The notes under the pieces: generated by a model | Databases searched by the model: none | Told to the model about the DNA's origin: nothing | What the model saw: the letters and a program-made list of their open reading frames with translations, nothing else | Program-made: the position numbers and the translations under genes | NCBI GenBank assembly: GCA_016861205.1 | Contig: BOKX01000001.1 | Coordinates: forward strand, 456,539 to 520,538 | Source: Patescibacteria group bacterium | GTDB taxonomy: Bacteria; Patescibacteriota; Microgenomatia; UBA1400; PJMF01 | Reading direction: 5' to 3' | Length of the DNA stretch: 64,000 nt | Part shown: one piece after another, positions 56,412 through 64,000 of the stretch | Numbering within the stretch: the first letter of the stretch is position 1 | Layout: each line of letters starts with the position of its first letter

Positions 56412-57224
56412 ATGATAGTGTTTGACAAAGTCACCAAACGCTTTGGTGATGACACGTTTGCATTGCACGATGTGTCATTCGAAGTTGATCCCGGTGAGTT
56501 TGTGTTTTTAACTGGTCCGTCGGGTAGTGGCAAAACCACGGTCATGAGATTACTGACCCGCGAGTACACACCGAGTGAAGGTGAGATTACTTTTGGCGAA
56601 ACGCCATTGCATGAACTAAAGTCAAACCAAGTTTTTCAGCACCGCCGCCAAATAGGGGTAATCTTCCAAGATTACAAACTGTTAAGCGACTCTAACGTTT
56701 GGGAAAACATTGCTCTGCCGCTGTACATCATTGGCAAGTCACAAGCCGAGATCGAATCAAGGGTGACCGACTTGCTCAAGTTGGTCAACTTGGTTGATAA
56801 AGCCTACCTCTTCCCTAGCCAACTTTCAGGTGGTGAAGCCCAACGCGTCAGTATTGCCCGAGCCTTAGCTACAGGACCTCGGGTCATTTTCGCTGATGAA
56901 CCTACGGGTAACCTCGATCCAGAGACCTCGCTCAGCATTGCCAAGCTCCTTCATAAGATTAATCAGCTTGGTACCACAGTCTTGCTAGCTACACATGATA
57001 CTGGTGTGCTGGACTCACTCAAAAGCGAACGCCGGCTCCACCTCGACAAAGGCAAGCTCGTCAAAGACAGCCACGCGGGTAAAAAGCCAAAGCGTAAACC
57101 AGTGCCAGTCAAAGTTGACCCCGAACAACCAGACACGCCTGATGAGTCTGATGCGAAAAAAGACCCGACCGATGACCACCAACCAACTGAAGTACATGTT
57201 GAAAACTTGGATGGAGCCAAATGA
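56412..57224 (+). CDS. ftsE: cell-division ABC ATPase FtsE (with a Lys/Pro-rich C-terminal tail)
   Basis: Walker A GPSGSGKTT, ABC signature LSGGEAQRVSIARA, and Walker B VIFADEPTGNLD. Confidence 0.85.
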   Translation: MIVFDKVTKRFGDDTFALHDVSFEVDPGEFVFLTGPSGSGKTTVMRLLTREYTPSEGEITFGETPLHELKSNQVFQHRRQIGVIFQDYKLLSDSNVWENIALPLYIIGKSQAEIESRVTDLLKLVNLVDKAYLFPSQLSGGEAQRVSIARALATGPRVIFADEPTGNLDPETSLSIAKLLHKINQLGTTVLLATHDTGVLDSLKSERRLHLDKGKLVKDSHAGKKPKRKPVPVKVDPEQPDTPDESDAKKDPTDDHQPTEVHVENLDGAK

Positions 57225-58090
57225 AATCATTCAGTTCAGCTTTGGTTGGTATGCGACGCTCACCCTATCAGAGCTTGGCTGCTGTAATCATGGTGACCTT
57301 GACGTTCTTCGTAGGCTACGCTTTTTCATTGTTTATCATCGGAGCTGAGCGCATTTTGCAGTACTTTGAGACCCAACCACAGGTCATTGCGTTCTTCACC
57401 CTGGATGCTGACCCCACCACTATCGAGACTGCAGCCAAAACCATGCAGTCCAAGTCATACGTTGAGAAAGTAACAGTCGTCGATAAACAAAAAGCCCTCG
57501 AGTTGTACCAACAAGATAATCAGGACGACCCGTTGCTGCTTGAACTCGTCACGGCTGAAATCCTACCGGCCAGCATTGAGGTCTCGGGGAAAACTGCTGC
57601 TGACTTACCCAAAATCAAAGAAGATCTCAACCAGATTAGTCAAATCGATGAGGTCATTTTCCAACAAGATATTATCGAGTCACTGACCAGCTGGACGCGA
57701 GCCGTGCGACTGATTGGTTTGGGTAGCACAGTTGTTTTAGCAGTCAGTTCGTTTTTGACGGTGCTTGTCATCATCGGCATCAAAGTCACGATCAAGAAGC
57801 AGGCTATCAACATCATGCGTATGATCGGCGCGACTCGTTGGTACATTACCTTACCATTCTTTTATGAAGGTATGGTCTACGGCTTAGTTGGTTCTTTGAT
57901 CGGCTGGGGATTCATGTACGGCTTGTTGTTGTACCTGACTCCTTGGTTAAAGAATTTTTTGGGCAGTATTGCCGTCCTGCCAGTGCCATGGGAACTCCTC
58001 GGCTTACAGCTTGCTGCTGGTAGCTTCTTGGGTATGGTATTAGGTGGATTGACCGGAATTATCGCCACCCGCCGGTTAATCCGACGATAG
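57221..58090 (+). CDS. ftsX: cell-division permease-like protein FtsX
   Basis: One N-terminal TM helix, an about 100-aa extracytoplasmic loop, and three C-terminal TM helices. It is translationally coupled to ftsE by a 4-nt overlap. Confidence 0.85.
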   Translation: MKSFSSALVGMRRSPYQSLAAVIMVTLTFFVGYAFSLFIIGAERILQYFETQPQVIAFFTLDADPTTIETAAKTMQSKSYVEKVTVVDKQKALELYQQDNQDDPLLLELVTAEILPASIEVSGKTAADLPKIKEDLNQISQIDEVIFQQDIIESLTSWTRAVRLIGLGSTVVLAVSSFLTVLVIIGIKVTIKKQAINIMRMIGATRWYITLPFFYEGMVYGLVGSLIGWGFMYGLLLYLTPWLKNFLGSIAVLPVPWELLGLQLAAGSFLGMVLGGLTGIIATRRLIRR

Positions 58091-58099
58091 GTTCAAGTC

Positions 58100-59344
58100 A
58101 TGCGCATATTGCGATCTCGCCAGCTACCACTGCTGACTCTGTTGGGGTTGGTGGTTGGTTTGGGGCTGGCGGCCTTTCCTCCCCTCACTCAGCACATCCG
58201 TGCGGCCGAAAACTGCGAGCTGATTAGCTGTAACAAAGACACCCAATCAGATGATGATTTTTTATCGTGCAACAAACGCAAACAAACGTGTTGGGAAGAA
58301 AAAATTCGGGATGCCAAAAATGCCAGTAACACTTTGGCAAACACCATCTCAATTCTGAACGGTCAGATTCAAGTCCAACAACTGCAGATCGACCAAACCC
58401 TTGCTGAAATTCGCCAGTTGGAGCGAGAAATCGATGACTTAACCAAACGCATTTCTGGCCTGAACATCTCGCTCGATCGCCTAACCACGGTGTTGGTTCA
58501 GCGAGTCCAAGCCCAGTACAAACGCAGTTACTTAACTCCTTTCTCAGCAATTTTGGCTTCCCAAGACTTTACTCGCAGTTTGGCTCAACACAAATACGTC
58601 ACTCATGCCCAGGACCAAACAGCACAGGTCATGCAACAAGCTGAAACCCAAAAACAAACCTATGACCAGCAAAAAGCCCTCAAAGAAACCAAGCAAGCTG
58701 AGGTCGAGAAAAAACAAGCTCAGCTAGAACAACAACGGCAAGGTCTGACCAAACAACGCTCAGAACAACAGTTCCTGCTACAACAAACCAAAAATGATGA
58801 GGCTCGCTATCAACGGGAACTGGAAAAAACCTTGGCTGAGCTTGAAGCTATCCAATCCATCATTGCTGGTCGTGGTAACGAATCAGAAGTCAAAGACGTC
58901 CAACAAGGTGATCAAATTGCCTCGATCATTGTTGGTGCCTCTGCTTGTTCAACAGGCTCTCACTTACACTTTGAAGTTGTCAAAGACGGCAGTCACCGTG
59001 ACCCAGCCGGCTACCTAAGATCAATCGATGCCGCTTGGCAGAATCAACCGGACTCATCATTCGGATTCGGGGGTGATTGGGAATGGCCGCTGAACAATCC
59101 CGCTAAGATCAACCAAGGCTACGGCATGACCTACTATGCGAGAGTACGTCGCGCGTACGGCGGGGCACCTCATACTGGCATTGATATGATCAGCAAATCC
59201 TCGGGCGATTACTCCGTCAAAGCCGTGAAACCAGGCAAGTTATATCGTGGTAGTATTCCATGCGGCGGTGGCACTCTACGCTACGTCCGCGTCGCCCACA
59301 AAGACGACGGCATGAACACGTACTATCTACACGTTAACTACTAG
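58100..59344 (+). CDS. coiled-coil M23 (LytM-type) peptidase (EnvC/PcsB-like FtsEX partner) with catalytic motifs in permuted order
   Basis: Signal or anchor, about 200 aa of Q/E-rich coiled coil, then GDQIASIIVGASACSTGSHLHFEV (HxH segment), followed by YGG..PHTGIDM...YYLHVNY (HxxxD segment). Confidence 0.7.
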   Translation: MRILRSRQLPLLTLLGLVVGLGLAAFPPLTQHIRAAENCELISCNKDTQSDDDFLSCNKRKQTCWEEKIRDAKNASNTLANTISILNGQIQVQQLQIDQTLAEIRQLEREIDDLTKRISGLNISLDRLTTVLVQRVQAQYKRSYLTPFSAILASQDFTRSLAQHKYVTHAQDQTAQVMQQAETQKQTYDQQKALKETKQAEVEKKQAQLEQQRQGLTKQRSEQQFLLQQTKNDEARYQRELEKTLAELEAIQSIIAGRGNESEVKDVQQGDQIASIIVGASACSTGSHLHFEVVKDGSHRDPAGYLRSIDAAWQNQPDSSFGFGGDWEWPLNNPAKINQGYGMTYYARVRRAYGGAPHTGIDMISKSSGDYSVKAVKPGKLYRGSIPCGGGTLRYVRVAHKDDGMNTYYLHVNY

Positions 59345-59368
59345 AGAAAATTTCTGTCTCAGCACCAA

Positions 59369-60868
59369 CTACTCAGCACTCGGCAACACCGTTCGCTTTT
59401 CAACAGTCAGCAAGCCAAAGATTTGGGTCGAGAGTAACTGAGTCGGACCCAGTTCTTCGGTCCACTTTTTGATCCAAAACGGTTCCACCGCTTTCTCAAT
59501 CACTACGTAGATAATTTGGGCGCCGTCACTGGTATCTTGTGGGTACCAATAGCTGTGCAAGTATCGCCAACCTTGATCTTGGAAGTAGGGAATGCTAAAC
59601 GCTTGCAACCGATAGGGCTGACCGGCGGCATCCTGGTGAACATACGCCAGCAACCGGCGTTGGTCAGCCAGGTTTAAGTCATCTTGAATAGTTCTAAAAA
59701 AAACGTCACGGTTCTGGGAGTAGTTCTGCCACAGTGGCCACCAGGTACTTACCAGCAAAGCGACCGCGGCCATCGCCACTACCTTACCCCACATTGGCCG
59801 CCACCAGGCTTGAATAGCCAAAACCCACAACCAAATTACGCTCAAACCCGTGCCAATATAGAGCTGCGGCAGGCTCAGTGAGCGCGGAAACAACATGACC
59901 GGTGCCGTCATTAACCACCATGCTAAACAAAACAAAATGGCAGGTTGAGATTTTTTATGTCGCCAAGCCATGATCACGCCACTCACCATCACCACTAGTG
60001 TTGCCCACCACCGCCAGTCTGCTGCACCCAACAGGTTGCGATGTGTCAATCGAAGTAGTTGCTGGCCGTAACCTACAACTGAACGCGAAAGAGAGCTTGC
60101 CCCCGTCTGATGGTTAGCTTCATTGAGGTACGCTAAGGTTGAGTGCCAGCTGATCCAGTCATTTCGCAGATTAAACAGGAGCATTGGTACGTACCAAAAA
60201 CCCGCGGCCGCCAAACTACCCAGCCAAGCTCTGGCGCTCGGCTTTGGCAGCCACTGCGTCGCCAGCAGTACCACTGCTATCCATCCGAACCAGAGCGTCA
60301 AGATGATTTCAAACTGAGCCGTTAAGCCAGCTACGCCGGCACCCACAATCCACCACCACTCTTGCTTGGTTTTACGAAACTGCCACCAGCACCACATCAC
60401 CACTGGCACGCCCAAAAAAGCTGGAGTCACATTTGAAAGCCAACGACTATAGTGGAGCGCTTCGTAACTAATAATACTCAAAAAAGCCCCCACTGTTGCC
60501 CATTTTGTGGAACCAGTCAGCTCGCGACCTAAGAACCACATCACCACTGGCACAAAAGCTGTTAAGAACACCAAGCTGAAACTAGCAACTAACGGATTGC
60601 CACCACTTAAACCGTAGGGAATCGCCATTAAGTAGTAGTACCAGGCCCCATGGAACAACCCACCGATGTCGGTTTTAGGCCCCACCAGCACAAAGTCGCC
60701 TGACTTGACTATGGCCATGCTAGCCATGGCATCACGACCTTGCTCAAACCCGAAAAACAGATCGACCGGTAAGCGATACCAATGCAGAGTCACAGCCAAT
60801 CCAACCAACATAGCTGGTAGCCACCAACCAAGATATTTCTGCAGGATTTTCCAGCGAGCGGTACGCAT
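59369..60868 (-). CDS. GT-C fold membrane glycosyltransferase (ArnT/PMT-like)
   Basis: 499 aa with about 12 TM helices and an ArnT-like first loop. Confidence 0.5.
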   Translation of the reverse strand: MRTARWKILQKYLGWWLPAMLVGLAVTLHWYRLPVDLFFGFEQGRDAMASMAIVKSGDFVLVGPKTDIGGLFHGAWYYYLMAIPYGLSGGNPLVASFSLVFLTAFVPVVMWFLGRELTGSTKWATVGAFLSIISYEALHYSRWLSNVTPAFLGVPVVMWCWWQFRKTKQEWWWIVGAGVAGLTAQFEIILTLWFGWIAVVLLATQWLPKPSARAWLGSLAAAGFWYVPMLLFNLRNDWISWHSTLAYLNEANHQTGASSLSRSVVGYGQQLLRLTHRNLLGAADWRWWATLVVMVSGVIMAWRHKKSQPAILFCLAWWLMTAPVMLFPRSLSLPQLYIGTGLSVIWLWVLAIQAWWRPMWGKVVAMAAVALLVSTWWPLWQNYSQNRDVFFRTIQDDLNLADQRRLLAYVHQDAAGQPYRLQAFSIPYFQDQGWRYLHSYWYPQDTSDGAQIIYVVIEKAVEPFWIKKWTEELGPTQLLSTQIFGLLTVEKRTVLPSAE

Positions 60869-60877
60869 AGTTACAAG

Positions 60878-62725
60878 TTAAGGCTGATACCGATAGACTA
60901 CCCAAATTACATGGCCACGTCTATCCCGAATTGTAGTCAACGTTTCAACATGACCTCGATTAATCATATCGAGCCAACCTTGTTCATTTGAAGCTACTAA
61001 ACCTGGTCCGGTGATCTCAGCAACCGACTTGATTGCCACCCAGTTGTCGTACTCTACAAACTCACCATCATCCAACTTGGAGGTAGCCTCAGCGGTTTGG
61101 ACTTGCCGAGGATCAACTTGGCCATAAAACCAGTAATACATGAGTGGTCGACCTTGATCGCGAGTAATCCAAATCCGCTGTTCTGAACTTTCCGCTCGTA
61201 GTTTCATCAACGTGGGAATTAACTCTTGGTAACCAACTTGCCAATCGGCACCATACACAGCAGGATAGATTTGGGTGTAGTATCGCCAAAACAACGCGAG
61301 CTGACAAATGTATGCTCCAATAACTGTTACCACAAAAACCTGACGTGACCAACGCGTTAGCGCTCTGAGAGATTTAAACTTCACCCACTTAGCGAGTAAC
61401 TCAGCCCACCACTCACCAATTGCCCACCACCCAGTAGCAATAACAATCATAAGCGCAGGAGCGCCGGGTAACGTTCTGAGTGCGTGTGGGCTACCAAAAG
61501 TAATGGCCGCCGGCACCAGGCTAAACCACCACCAACCTAAAATCAGGGCAGCACCTCTGGTTCGCCGCTTTACGAGTACTAACGTTCCCACCACCAAAGC
61601 CACTACTTCAAGATAGTAGAGTTGACCCATAAACTGAATCGAGTGCCGAGCGTTGTGATCACCACGAATAAACAGAAACTGCGGTGACAAGTGACTAAGG
61701 TAGTTTTTTACAATCTCCCGGCCAAGGACAATTTGGCGATGATAAAAAAACTTTGCCCACGGATCCGCAGCCTCAGCTTGCAACTGAGCACTTTCCAAAA
61801 TATGGTCTGGACGAGCGAGTAAACTCGTTTGGGCAATGCGTTGTTGGACCACTGGCGACGTACTGGCTTGCCACAACGGCCAAATCGTGATTCCTAATAC
61901 CAAGGCGTAACCAACAGCCCATACTCCCCAAGTTTTTAGCAACCATAACCAACCCTTTGGCCACCATAGCCATATCGCTAGCACTGCTAACCACAGCCCC
62001 ATTGCTGGAGCAATTACTCGAGTAGCATGATAGGTGTACATGCTGGCTACGCATAGCAAAATCACCACTCCCCAACCCAAACGGTCTATCACCCGTGGCG
62101 GCCGGTCATACCGTGATAACTCCCAGCTCGCAACTGCGATAGCCAACGTTAACCAAGCTGTCGCCATGTTCACTTCCCAACCACCTCGCGAAAATTGAAT
62201 CAACCAAGGTGAAATCGCAGCCACTCCAGCTACAGTTGCCGCCCACCACCACTTTTCATTGTTTGACAACTGACGCTGCCGGCCCAAAAGACTTTGACTC
62301 CAACTGCTGGCCAACCAAGCAGTGGCTAGCACAGTAATCACTCCTGCGATGGCTGATGGCAATCGAACTGCCCAAGCTCCCAATGGCAAAATTTGCAACC
62401 ACGGAACAATCATGTAAAAGTAACCACTGGGCTTAAAGTCACCAAATGACTCAAAGGCGACGATTGGCCAGGGTTGGCCGTGATGATCCAGACCAGTTTT
62501 TACCAAAGAGTAGGCATCATAGCCTAAAGCCACCTCTTCCCAATACAGTGAAACTGGCCATGCATCCAGCCGGATCAATCGCAGAGCTGCTGCAAGCAAC
62601 ACTGCGCTCACCAACGCCAAAATCGGCCACCAGTGGTTCTTAAGGGTGCGGATCATAAATGTAAAACCTTGGTTTTGCATCGCTACCATACACGACATAG
62701 TTAGCTCGTTCCGGTGGTAACTCAT
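60878..62725 (-). CDS. GT-C fold membrane glycosyltransferase (ArnT/PMT_2-like) with a C-terminal soluble domain
   Basis: 615 aa with an ArnT-like YWEEVALGYDAYSL motif and a C-terminal about 150-aa soluble region. The annotated start overlaps the upstream gene by 86 nt, so an internal Met (62656 or 62680) is likelier. Confidence 0.5.
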   Translation of the reverse strand: MSYHRNELTMSCMVAMQNQGFTFMIRTLKNHWWPILALVSAVLLAAALRLIRLDAWPVSLYWEEVALGYDAYSLVKTGLDHHGQPWPIVAFESFGDFKPSGYFYMIVPWLQILPLGAWAVRLPSAIAGVITVLATAWLASSWSQSLLGRQRQLSNNEKWWWAATVAGVAAISPWLIQFSRGGWEVNMATAWLTLAIAVASWELSRYDRPPRVIDRLGWGVVILLCVASMYTYHATRVIAPAMGLWLAVLAIWLWWPKGWLWLLKTWGVWAVGYALVLGITIWPLWQASTSPVVQQRIAQTSLLARPDHILESAQLQAEAADPWAKFFYHRQIVLGREIVKNYLSHLSPQFLFIRGDHNARHSIQFMGQLYYLEVVALVVGTLVLVKRRTRGAALILGWWWFSLVPAAITFGSPHALRTLPGAPALMIVIATGWWAIGEWWAELLAKWVKFKSLRALTRWSRQVFVVTVIGAYICQLALFWRYYTQIYPAVYGADWQVGYQELIPTLMKLRAESSEQRIWITRDQGRPLMYYWFYGQVDPRQVQTAEATSKLDDGEFVEYDNWVAIKSVAEITGPGLVASNEQGWLDMINRGHVETLTTIRDRRGHVIWVVYRYQP

Positions 62726-63995
62726 CCTCGGGTGTAGCGACTACCACTGTCTGCTTTCGGTCTAAGTCTCCTATGTTAATGTGATCGCTAAATTCATACT
62801 TAATCAACGAGCCACCCTGATAGTAAATGGGATTCGTTTTTCGAACGAACAGGGCATATATGTAAGGCTGGCCGTAGCGACTTGAAAAAATAATTTTGCT
62901 GGCTTCAGGTAAGCCGTCACTGCCTTTCTCAAATGGCACGACATACTTGAAAGCCTCAATGTAGCCATCACTAAATGCAGCCGCAGACTCGCGAGCAAAC
63001 ACTGTGTAGTAGTGCCGAAGATATGACAAGAAAATAAAACCTGATACTAAAATACTCAAACCAATCACCATCGGCTTGAGTAAGTTTTGCTCACCGTGGG
63101 ATCCACGCCAATTTGGCCGATCGGGCACCTCATCCAACCAACGCATAGTCCGATCTATGCCGATGAGTGCTAATCCAAGGAATCCCGGTAAGGCCAACAA
63201 ACTTCGATTGCTATGCGGCACGTCGATTCCAATGATCGCGGGCACTAAACCAATCACAACCCATCCCAACATTACTCCCCACCACCTGCGAGCAGGCAGC
63301 CACTTCATGCCAGCGACAATCCCTAACACAACAGCCACTAACTCCAGCGGAAACAGGACACCCCACTGACCATCTCCATGACGCAGTGTTGGGGTTGCTC
63401 CGGCCACTAAAAACTGTGGTGAAAGATGAATCAATGTATGAGACCAAAGTTTAGCCACAACCTCACTCACTGGCCACCCCTTTGCAAACATACTGGCTTG
63501 CGCAAACCGCTCCCCTCCACTTCCCATCAATGTGTCTCGAACTAGCGGGAACAAAGCCGCCAAACTCAGAACACCAATTCCCAAAATCCAGATTGCCTTT
63601 CTGAGATACGATCGCCAACTTAGACAGAGCGTCAAACCTACCAGCAACGGCACCACAATCTTAGAGCTGTGATACGTGTAAATACTCGCCACTAATCCAA
63701 GCAAAGTCAGAGTTGCTGCTAGCCACTGTTGGCGCTTTTGCCAGCTACTGGTTTTGCTTGGCCAAGGATTGATAAGCCAACTCAACCCAACCATTCCCCA
63801 CAGCAAAAAACTCAGAGCCAGTCCGGATTCAAAGGCTACACGCGAGTAATGTAAATGCCACGGAGAAAATGCTAACAATCCTCCACCTAGTAAAATGGCC
63901 GTCGGTTTTGATAACTTCATTTCTGTCGGCCACCAACGGGAGATCAGCAGCATCCAAGCTGCGACAGCCGCAACACCAGCGATCGCAAATGGCAA
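62640..63995 (-). CDS. GT-C fold membrane glycosyltransferase (ArnT/PMT-like), possibly 5'-truncated by the window edge
   Basis: 451 aa with about 11 TM helices. The ORF reaches within 5 nt of the window end. Confidence 0.45.
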   Translation of the reverse strand: MPFAIAGVAAVAAWMLLISRWWPTEMKLSKPTAILLGGGLLAFSPWHLHYSRVAFESGLALSFLLWGMVGLSWLINPWPSKTSSWQKRQQWLAATLTLLGLVASIYTYHSSKIVVPLLVGLTLCLSWRSYLRKAIWILGIGVLSLAALFPLVRDTLMGSGGERFAQASMFAKGWPVSEVVAKLWSHTLIHLSPQFLVAGATPTLRHGDGQWGVLFPLELVAVVLGIVAGMKWLPARRWWGVMLGWVVIGLVPAIIGIDVPHSNRSLLALPGFLGLALIGIDRTMRWLDEVPDRPNWRGSHGEQNLLKPMVIGLSILVSGFIFLSYLRHYYTVFARESAAAFSDGYIEAFKYVVPFEKGSDGLPEASKIIFSSRYGQPYIYALFVRKTNPIYYQGGSLIKYEFSDHINIGDLDRKQTVVVATPEDELPPERANYVVYGSDAKPRFYIYDPHP

Positions 63996-64000
63996 ACGAA

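Noticed and set aside
1-64000. Possibility of an alternative genetic code (TGA recoding), given the Patescibacteria-like gene content
   Set aside because: Many well-supported genes terminate at TGA at the expected C-termini (for example the DUF1697 gene at 767-769 and the GT2 gene at 10849-10851), and no conserved gene requires TGA read-through. Standard code 11 is assumed.
1-64000. CRISPR arrays, rRNA genes, integrases or transposases
   Set aside because: No regularly spaced direct repeats were seen on either strand. There are no 16S/23S-like conserved blocks. No ORF with integrase (R..H..R..Y) or DDE transposase signatures was found, even in the AT-rich island.

Overview
The window is a 64-kb, gene-dense bacterial chromosomal segment (about 60 CDS, 2 tRNAs, no rRNA, no CRISPR array). 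TGA, TAA and TAG all terminate ordinary genes here, so the genetic code is standard code 11. The gene content suggests a monoderm, possibly Patescibacteria/Saccharibacteria-like organism: a short-form MetRS, RNase Y, SecG, FtsEX with a coiled-coil M23 partner, an RRM RNA-binding protein, FemAB, a class-E-type LAXTG sortase substrate, and a very large complement of membrane glycosyltransferases. This taxonomic placement is inference only. Housekeeping genes present are metG, tatD, recA, rny, secG, ppiB, prfB, ftsE, ftsX, rmuC and a UvrD-like helicase-nuclease. A large part of the window is a cell-surface glycan or glycoprotein biosynthesis region. It contains a WecA-like polyprenyl-phosphate sugar-phosphate transferase, a UbiA-family gene resembling decaprenyl-phosphate phosphoribosyltransferase, and at least seven PMT/ArnT-like GT-C membrane glycosyltransferase paralogs. 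It also carries several GT2 and GT4 enzymes, a CE4 deacetylase, a SAM methyltransferase-like gene, and one 1621-aa polypeptide that fuses two GT2 domains, a Wzx-like flippase domain and a GT4 domain. The most unusual feature is an AT-rich (about 33-43% GC versus about 50% elsewhere) island of roughly 4.7 kb. It abuts the 3' end of a tRNA-Pro(GGG) gene and carries an 892-aa protein with an N-terminal Mrr-like PD-(D/E)xK nuclease motif and a central P-loop STAND-like NTPase (Avs-like antiviral architecture). An orphan receiver-domain protein, two small membrane proteins, and a degenerate copy of the tRNA 3' end lying just outside the 892-aa gene accompany it. Other points of interest are an FtsEX-associated M23 peptidase whose catalytic motifs are in circularly permuted order, a sortase-fold protein lacking the catalytic Cys, several long perfect intergenic inverted repeats, and a repeated operator-like motif in the long leader between recA and rny. 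Several genes have a -10 element immediately upstream of the start codon, which would give leaderless-type mRNAs.
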